Virus record (IMG/VR): IMGVR_UViG_3300035661_000045
Coordinates: 14,720 to 78,719 of that record
Length of the DNA: 64,000 bases
From: a virus
Reading direction: 5' to 3' (one strand)
Part shown: piece by piece, positions 56,934 to 64,000 of the stretch
Numbering within the stretch: the first letter of the stretch is position 1
Layout of the letters: each line of letters begins with the position of its first letter
Translations under genes and position numbers: made by a program
Notes under the pieces: generated by a model
Told to the model about the DNA's origin: nothing
Database searches by the model: none
Seen by the model: only the letters and a program-made list of their open reading frames with translations

Positions 56934-57281
56934 TTACTCAGCTTTTAAATTTTTATATTCTTCTTCAAGAAATGCAATAGTTTTTTGATGAGCTTCAAGT
57001 TGTTTTTCAGCTTGAATCAAGCGTTCTTTAGCTTGAATTAATCCAGCAACATAATTATCTCTATCAGTAATTGATTTACCACCATTAATACGTGCTAAAT
57101 CTAAAGCTTCTTGAGCATCAGTTACAGTATCTTCTTTACGAATTAAATCACCCTTTAATGCTGCAATTTGCATTGTTAGACCACTTTCGACTTGTCTCCA
57201 AACTTTTGCTGCTTGAGCTTCTGCATCATCACCTTTAATTGCTGCTACGAAACTTTTAATAAAACTTTTTGCTTTTGTCAT
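56934..57281 (-). CDS. Coiled-coil hypothetical protein
   Basis: 115-aa helical ORF. Confidence 0.75.
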   Translation of the reverse strand: MTKAKSFIKSFVAAIKGDDAEAQAAKVWRQVESGLTMQIAALKGDLIRKEDTVTDAQEALDLARINGGKSITDRDNYVAGLIQAKERLIQAEKQLEAHQKTIAFLEEEYKNLKAE

Positions 57282-57294
57282 AATATAATTGTTT

Positions 57295-58941
57295 TTAATT
57301 GTTGTTTAATAAATTTACTATTTTTGTTTTAATAATATTTACCATTGGTAGTTCTTCATCATCAATAGATAAAATCATTTTTAATGATCCACTAATTGTT
57401 GAAGTTTTACCAACATAAGTTATTCCAGAATAAGTTGTATATTTAAATATATCATCTTTGTTTGGCGTAATACCAGTATTTAATGGTTCACCCGCTTGAA
57501 TTTGTCCAATAGAAATTAAATGATTATTAATTTCCTCCATAGTGGCATGACGAACATAAGTTGAAAATACTCCATCTCCTTTTTCTGGCCACAAACAATC
57601 CAATTGCAATGAAAACTTAGATATTTTGAATGTTCTATTTAATTTCCATCCACATCCATGAGCTTTTGTGCTGTCATTTACCTCAATACAAGTTACATAA
57701 TCTCCAACTTTAAATTCAGGATTTAATTGAATTTTATCAGGATGTCCATCGGGTAAATACTGTTGTATTTCTTCGATATCAGCTAAAACTATAGTATTAT
57801 TAATATTTAAATCTGTACTGGCAGGATTGTCAAATCTTCTTTTTTCATATTTAAAATCAGCAGTTATTAATTCTGACATATAAAATGAATTTTCTTTTAA
57901 ACTATAGAATTTAGCCCACCAACAATTATTAAGTTTATACCATTTGCCAAATTCAAATTTATATTTATTTTCCATTTTATATTCATTTAAATCACACCAT
58001 TCTTGAAAAGATAAGATTTGATAATTATTATTTTCATAATACTTACGATTTGATGTACAATATTGTTTGTCTAATGGAATACAATCATTTGTATTTATAT
58101 TAAATAAATGAGCAAGATAATTTTCTTTATAAAATTCTTTTACAATTTTATATTCTTCTTGAGTTTTACATTGTACAGCTTGTTTTAATGGTTGTTTGAA
58201 TTTTTTTTGTGCATCAAAAGCTTCTTTAGTTGATGGTTTAAAAAAATATTTAGGTGTTGGATCATTCCATGGAGTATCCCATCCATCCCATGAATTATAA
58301 TCTGGACCAGATTTATCATTATATTCAAATTCAAAAAATCCCTTAGAAATTCTACATTTAAATATTTCACCAATTCTGGTATTACTTGTAGCTTCTTCAA
58401 TGCATTCAACATATTCAGGAACAACTTCTTCGGCTTCAATAGATTTTTTCAAAACATATTTTTTAAATTGTTCAAATGTTATTTCAGTTGCATCATTGTC
58501 TTTACCCCATCCATGAGCACTTGAAAGCCAACCTTGGTAATTATGACCAATAATACTTTTAGTTTCATATAAATGTGTAGATCTAACTTTATCAGATTTA
58601 CTATTAGTATCAAACCAACGACCAACAACTGAAATATGTTCAGGTGTTTTAAGTTGTATTTTCCATTTTTCTGGTAATACAAATTCTTTAATAAATGGAT
58701 CATATCCAAGAATTTCTTGAACAGTAGTTTCTGAATAATTTTCAGTGCATTCTAAAAATTGATTTGGATGATTTTTATATTGACACCAAAGTGTTGGATA
58801 ATCTCCACTAAATTCTTTCCATGCAGTTTTAAGTTCATGTGTTGGTGTAAATTTACATTCAATTAATTTATTATAAACTAATGTAAATATCTCCAGAGTA
58901 ATCTCTGGAGAATATTTTAAATACTTGTTTTTTAAAGGCAT
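57295..58941 (-). CDS. Modular accessory protein made of short tandem domains
   Basis: 548 aa; modules end in ETTVQEIL, EITFEQF, STKEAF, LSFQEW, ADIEEI, ATMEEI. Confidence 0.8.
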   Translation of the reverse strand: MPLKNKYLKYSPEITLEIFTLVYNKLIECKFTPTHELKTAWKEFSGDYPTLWCQYKNHPNQFLECTENYSETTVQEILGYDPFIKEFVLPEKWKIQLKTPEHISVVGRWFDTNSKSDKVRSTHLYETKSIIGHNYQGWLSSAHGWGKDNDATEITFEQFKKYVLKKSIEAEEVVPEYVECIEEATSNTRIGEIFKCRISKGFFEFEYNDKSGPDYNSWDGWDTPWNDPTPKYFFKPSTKEAFDAQKKFKQPLKQAVQCKTQEEYKIVKEFYKENYLAHLFNINTNDCIPLDKQYCTSNRKYYENNNYQILSFQEWCDLNEYKMENKYKFEFGKWYKLNNCWWAKFYSLKENSFYMSELITADFKYEKRRFDNPASTDLNINNTIVLADIEEIQQYLPDGHPDKIQLNPEFKVGDYVTCIEVNDSTKAHGCGWKLNRTFKISKFSLQLDCLWPEKGDGVFSTYVRHATMEEINNHLISIGQIQAGEPLNTGITPNKDDIFKYTTYSGITYVGKTSTISGSLKMILSIDDEELPMVNIIKTKIVNLLNNN

Positions 58942-58943
58942 AA

Positions 58944-59192
58944 TTACTCCATTTCATTAGTTAATACATCTTCCCTCAATATATCTGTTGGTTTTCTATT
59001 AACATTTTGTTTTGATAATGCAATATGTAAATCTCCAACAGTTTCAATACCCTGTGCTGAATTATCATTTTCTAATCTAATATAATTAGGAGTTAATAAT
59101 ACCAATGGATTAATAATAGTAATTGTGTTATTATTTCTTCTTGCAACGGGTTCAAAATGATTATCTATTCTTATTCCAAATGTTGTACTCAT
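58944..59192 (-). CDS. Hypothetical protein
   Basis: 82-aa ORF. Confidence 0.65.
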   Translation of the reverse strand: MSTTFGIRIDNHFEPVARRNNNTITIINPLVLLTPNYIRLENDNSAQGIETVGDLHIALSKQNVNRKPTDILREDVLTNEME

Positions 59193-59210
59193 AATAATTT
59201 AATTTAATAA

Positions 59211-59474
59211 TTATTTAATTCTATAAATAGGATAATTACATCTCTTACATCTAATAATTCCATTTTCAGGTTTATCAGATGCAATATGTCCAAATAGTTC
59301 ACACATTATATTTATATTGATTATTTTAATTGTAATAAATATAATTAAACAAACACTGAATAGTATTACATTAATTTTCCATAATGTAAAGAATGTAATA
59401 ATATAAGCCAACCAAATTAATGACAATTTAAATATTTCATTTGTTTTTATGTTTTTTTTATCGTAGTAATCCAT
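59211..59474 (-). CDS. Membrane protein with C-terminal C..GH...CxxC motif
   Basis: Two hydrophobic helices, then CELFGH...CKRC. Confidence 0.6.
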   Translation of the reverse strand: MDYYDKKNIKTNEIFKLSLIWLAYIITFFTLWKINVILFSVCLIIFITIKIININIMCELFGHIASDKPENGIIRCKRCNYPIYRIK

Positions 59475-59479
59475 AATAG

Positions 59480-59680
59480 TTAGTTTTTAATTTTTAGTTT
59501 AATAATTGTATATATTATTGATAATAACAATAATATTGATACTCCATTTCCAATGGGTAAATTACCTATTGGCGGTTGTTCTGGCTTTTTATATTCACAT
59601 GAATATGGACACCATTGAGCATGTGCGTGACAATCGGCATTCATATTGGCACCACATATATCACAAGTTTTTTTTGGCAT
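59480..59680 (-). CDS. Cys/His-rich microprotein with a PID-CTERM-like sorting tail
   Basis: CDICG..CHAH..WCP..C; PP..LPIGNG + TM + KLKIK. Confidence 0.6.
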   Translation of the reverse strand: MPKKTCDICGANMNADCHAHAQWCPYSCEYKKPEQPPIGNLPIGNGVSILLLLSIIYTIIKLKIKN

Positions 59681-59817
59681 ATTAAGGTCGTTTAAATATA
59701 AATAATGTAAATATCAATCCCAACAACCATAATCCAATCAATCCAGAACTAATAGTTTTATCTATTGGCTTGAATTGACTGTTTATATGTTGTATTTGTG
59801 TTGATAATGTATCAGAT

Positions 59818-60069
59818 CTAATTGATACTATTAATATTGAGTCTTTCATGCTTTTTTGCTTTAAATTCAGCTATTTGTTGAGAAATACTATTAGAAAATG
59901 ACATTAGTGAGCTATCAATCTTTGTGCCAACAACAAGAATTTTCTTGTTATATGATTTTTCAAATTGAGCACGTCTTTTGTTTATTTCTAATTGAGATTT
60001 ATTCTCTCTCTTTACTATACTTCCAGAGGGAGTGGCTGTTATTATAGCCATACAAATTCTATTCCTCAT
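59818..60069 (-). CDS. Hypothetical protein
   Basis: 83-aa ORF. Confidence 0.55.
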   Translation of the reverse strand: MRNRICMAIITATPSGSIVKRENKSQLEINKRRAQFEKSYNKKILVVGTKIDSSLMSFSNSISQQIAEFKAKKHERLNINSIN

Positions 60070-60222
60070 GATTATCTTTAATCATTACCATTACTATCTT
60101 TGTTTCAAATTCTAAATTGTCGGCTAAATCTTCTAATCTGCCATCATTTTCATTGCTTGAGTCTATGACTGTGTTGTCATTATCTACTAATTGATATTGT
60201 TTCATAAGAGTTTAATTTTTAG

Positions 60223-60597
60223 TTATTTAAGTATAAATAAAGATATTATTACTTCACGTTCTTTTTGTGGTAATTCAAGAATTTCTTTTACAATATATAA
60301 ATAATGTCTAAGATTTTGTTCTGACATAATTCCAGTCTTTTTATCTACATGAACATTTTTTACATTTTTAGTAAATCCTTTATTTGAGCCACATGTTATT
60401 GCATTTACATTATCTTGTTTTCTTAAAGTGTTATACCATCTAAAGTCAACACTTGATAAACTTCTTCTTGGAATAAGCTTTTGAGCTTCGCTTAATGCAT
60501 ACTTTATATTTGTTGGATAGTTTTTTATTTGATTTATTATAATCAAATCTTCAGTTTCAGTGTAAAGTGGTGCTATTTGACCTTTAATTTTTGACAT
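60223..60597 (-). CDS. Myb/SANT-like HTH protein
   Basis: YTETED..I ... LIPRRS..SV.FRWYNTL. Confidence 0.55.
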   Translation of the reverse strand: MSKIKGQIAPLYTETEDLIIINQIKNYPTNIKYALSEAQKLIPRRSLSSVDFRWYNTLRKQDNVNAITCGSNKGFTKNVKNVHVDKKTGIMSEQNLRHYLYIVKEILELPQKEREVIISLFILK

Positions 60598-60641
60598 AAT
60601 TTTAATTTTTAGTTAGTTTGAATTGTTTGTTAATTAATTTG

Positions 60642-60723
60642 TGCTACATCTAGGACTCGAACCCAGTAAATCCGCTTGCTTTTATATGCATGCAATTTGT
60701 TGAAATGCCCATCAACATGTAGC
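60642..60723 (-). ncRNA. tRNA-like RNA 4 with an elongated anticodon-position stem
   Basis: 7-bp GCUACAU/AUGUAGC; GUUGA..UCAAC arm; T arm CUGGG-UUCGAGU-CCUAG; long bulged central hairpin. Confidence 0.65.
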
Positions 60724-61261
60724 TATATATTCCCCGCATCATCTTTGAGGTAATATTATATGAATAAAAAATCTTCGCAAGGTTGTACCTTGTGTACATA
60801 TCTGTAAACCTTCCGCCCTGCGCTAATTACTACTATGATATAAATATCAATTCGGTTCACGAACTCGCACCAGTCTAAGTGTATGTTCTACTAAAACTTA
60901 TCGAACGAAGATTTTTAATAAGTTATTTCTTTTCTGTAATAAGAAATGATATTCCAATAATTGCCAATACCCCAAACATAATAGGAATTAATATATTATA
61001 TTTTTCAGAATGACATAAACTATAATAAGACAAAGATGCCATTAATATAGTTCCTAATGAGTACTTAATTTTGTTTTTCATAATGATTTAATTTAGTGAG
61101 TTTATAATAATAAATACTTACACATACAATAATGACGCTTCATTCAATTGTATATGTATTAATAATGAATAACTTCCAATTTTCAAACAACAATTCAATA
61201 TTTTAAATTTTAAATTTTAATTATTTAGTTGTTATGTTACTCATTAAAGTATTTATTGATA

Positions 61262-61504
61262 TTAATAATTGATTTGGAAAATTTTGTGAGTTATAATCTT
61301 TATTACCTTAGCACTAGGATTAATACGATAGCGATTCTTTACTTGACCTGATTTAGTAGTATAACTACCAATCATAATCTTTCTAGGTTCTGACCAAATA
61401 ATTTGAATAGTCCTTTGATTGTTCTTACGATTGTTGTGAGAATACCTGCTATTTTTCATAGCTTGACGACGTTGATGTCTATTTAAAGTTGCCGTAGCTT
61501 CCAT
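61262..61504 (-). CDS. Small basic protein
   Basis: 80 aa; NRHQRR motif; R/K rich. Confidence 0.6.
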   Translation of the reverse strand: MEATATLNRHQRRQAMKNSRYSHNNRKNNQRTIQIIWSEPRKIMIGSYTTKSGQVKNRYRINPSAKVIKIITHKIFQINY

Positions 61505-61595
61505 AATAGTTTAATTTTAATTGTTTATAATAATTGTTTAATAATAAGTTTTAATAAGTTTCTTCCCCTATAAATAGGTTTGGAAACTCTATTGG

Positions 61596-61943
61596 TTAAT
61601 TGATAAATGATTTAATAACACATTCATTTTTGTAAAATAAATCTGTATCATTATTTAATGATTTTTTAATACGATAATAAGTATAATTTTTTATCAATTC
61701 ATATAATTCAATAAATTGATATTTATCAATATTACGCTTATTAAGCTTTTGTAATTTACTCAAATAATATAATTTTACTTCGTGTCGTACATCTGTAGTA
61801 AATGAATCATCTAAAAAAGCACAACAACCGCTTAATATAGCTGTCTGATTATCGTAGTTAACTGAATGTAATGTTTGAAAACTATTATATTCTTTATTAT
61901 AGTATAATGGTAAGTTTTCTGTTGATAATTTAATCTTATTCAT
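61596..61943 (-). CDS. Hypothetical protein
   Basis: 115-aa ORF with an AT-rich leader like its neighbours. Confidence 0.55.
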   Translation of the reverse strand: MNKIKLSTENLPLYYNKEYNSFQTLHSVNYDNQTAILSGCCAFLDDSFTTDVRHEVKLYYLSKLQKLNKRNIDKYQFIELYELIKNYTYYRIKKSLNNDTDLFYKNECVIKSFIN

Positions 61944-63415
61944 AATAATAATTGTTTTAAAGATTTTGACCTATATAAACATATAACGCATTAGACTTAA
62001 CAACTATTTATACTCGTCTAGTCGAGTTTTTTATTTTAAAAATGAATCAGAGATAAGTGAATAAATTCATCTTATCTCTAATTCATTTTATAGTTCCTAT
62101 AAGTTTCGGAACTACAAAGAGTAATGATTTATTATTTGCATGTAGTATAGTTTGCAAATAACTACTTAAATACTATTTAATAAATCATACTTTACAAATT
62201 ATTATATATAAATAACCTAGGTAGTCACCTGTGTACTTTATATATAATGAATCCCAATACACTTTGATGTGTTGGTAGACTTTATTACCTGAGAAGACTT
62301 TCGTCCTACTATTCTTCTCGCCCCTATCCTACACAGCTTAATCGTTACGCTGTTTACCTTCGGGCATTTGTTAATTGATTTGGTTGGCAATCTTTTAAAA
62401 GATCGGCAATGACGGCTCAGTGGCCGCCTTTTCTATTATATAAAAAACCTATTAATTGTTACACGGTTCATTCCGAGTTTAAACATCATTTTAGGTTTTT
62501 AAATTAATAAACTAAATCAATCCTTTACGATTCAGGTCGATATAGTTTATCCTCCGATCAAGAGTAGTAGTGAATTTTTTTCTTCACTGATCATTACATT
62601 CATGGCATCACAATACGAATATAATTACAAGTTTAAACTAAGACTGTACTCCGTGATATTAGATATGTCTTATTATCTTGTTTAGTGGTATTTTCATACC
62701 TTTTCGATTTGAGCTTTTGCTTAATTTCATAAACAATACATGCATCGTGGTTCTTTTTAGATTATACTGCCAAACTTTTAAGCAGTCATTAATACAAATA
62801 CTGGCATTAATTGGTTTAAACTTATACATAATTGTATAAACCTACCATATAAATATGCTATGAACTCTGTTAAACAATAACTATTTATTGATAAACGATA
62901 AATGTATATCGGTATAAAATAGATATAATTAATTAGAATGATAAGATTATAGTCATCGTCAATATCGCGTTGATTGTTGGGAGTCTTGGATACTACCATC
63001 CTCACCCTCAATAACTTAACCAATAAAAACACACTAAATTATTGGTATTAATTTAACGTATATCAACATAAATTAATAAAAATAACTGCCAATCTCGGTG
63101 ATTGATTAATAGTGAAATCTGTAAAAATGACTATTAATGTAGTAATGCCTAACTACGCAGTTATAGTGACGGAAAATTTATACTTTAATATACCGTCGTC
63201 AAGTATTGTGTTATCATGGATCCTTATGATTAAGGTTACTCAAGAGTAAGGTTGATAATTACAATCCTTGATTAAAAAAAATAATAATGTCAACAAAGAA
63301 TGTATCATAAAACGACAACGCTTTGTCGATAAATAATCATAGTTAAAAATGCGTGATACATTTTGACCTTTGTTGACATTAAACTAAAAAAAATTGACCT
63401 TTGATGACTATGAAT

Positions 63416-63449
63416 AAAAAAAATAACTACGTATTTCTACGTAGTTATT
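63416..63449 (-). terminator. Rho-independent terminator
   Basis: AATAACTACGTA-GAAA-TACGTAGTTATT hairpin followed by a T run on the minus strand, just after stop 63456. Confidence 0.85.
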
Positions 63450-63455
63450 AATTTA

Positions 63456-63743
63456 TTAGTCAACTATGTTGATAACAACATAGCCATCGGCGTTTAACTC
63501 AGATTCCGTTTCAATAATGAACGTTTCGTCTTTGTCAAAATCTTCATTTTCAGCACCTCTGTTTGCTAACCAAAGTACACCTGAATAGGTTTTGGCTGTT
63601 GTAATTTCAGTAGCTTTGAATTTCATCAAAATACCATTGCCTGATGCAGTTTCTTTAAAACTGTCAAATTTGCAACTAAATTTAGAAGCTAAAGGCAAAC
63701 GAGTGAACTTGTTTTCTTTGATTAAATCAGTAATTGATTTCAT
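63456..63743 (-). CDS. Small beta-rich (OB-like) early protein, 95 aa
   Basis: Preferred start MKSITDL at 63743 has the usual AT-rich leader; has its own terminator. Confidence 0.65.
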   Translation of the reverse strand: MKSITDLIKENKFTRLPLASKFSCKFDSFKETASGNGILMKFKATEITTAKTYSGVLWLANRGAENEDFDKDETFIIETESELNADGYVVINIVD

Positions 63744-64000
63744 AAAATTAAATAATTTAAAAATGAATAATAATAAATGGCAAGGGGGGACACCCACCTG
63801 CGGCAGCAAGGGGCGGGGGTTGATGTGGGGGTATCTCACTCTCAAGCACATTCACAAAAAATTCTATAATTTAAAAAAAAATATTTTCAAAAATTTTTAT
63901 TTTGCTATAAGTTAATAAGTTAGAAGTATCCAAATTTATATATAAAAAAATCATTGTTATATACCAAAAATAATATAGAAAAAGTTTGGTAGTTTCAAAA

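Noticed and set aside
49463-60723. Canonical suppressor tRNA-Trp(UCA) or tmRNA
   Set aside because: No element has a UCA anticodon loop; they are too short for tmRNA and show no tag frame or G3.U70 Ala identity. A suppressor may lie outside the window.
62778-63032. 84-aa minus-strand ORF
   Set aside because: Non-ATG start, low-complexity I/Y/L composition, lies in the hairpin-rich region.
63744-63851. N-terminal extension of the last ORF
   Set aside because: Merely translates the G-run island; ATG63743 has the typical AT-rich leader.
31043-63915. Plus-strand track ORFs in the early block other than the HNH (31043, 34805, 38103, 48879, 49501, 50225, 50457, 52900, 53318, 63592)
   Set aside because: Antisense to well-supported genes or RNAs; no motifs.

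Overview
AT-rich segment of a crAss-like (Crassvirales-type) phage genome; the Bacteroidota-type TTTG-N20-TAnnTTTG promoter points to a Bacteroidota host. The window has two convergent blocks. The + strand (1-30847) carries late virion genes: tail ring/tube proteins, an IHF-like protein, a split tail-stabilisation (muzzle) gene, cargo proteins, a 4885-aa virion RNA polymerase polyprotein, and a 1502-aa zincin/nuclease protein. These genes look fragmented in the ORF track only because TGA is read as Trp (45 in-frame TGA by my manual count; every reconstructed gene ends in TAA/TAG). The - strand (30948-63743) carries early/replication genes whose long ORFs have no internal TGA: DnaB, primase, SSB-like, AAA ATPase, SF2 helicase and nucleases, with no recognisable DNA polymerase. 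It also holds a phiEco32-type amidoligase/ATP-grasp cluster, one gene of which is split by a group I intron carrying an antisense HNH endonuclease. The most unusual signals are two homologous ~128-nt tRNA-like RNAs whose anticodon arm is replaced by a shared two-hairpin module, two further aberrant tRNA-like RNAs, the split muzzle gene, and a stand-alone DnaE C-terminal-like protein. All family assignments come from motif recognition by eye; no searches were run.
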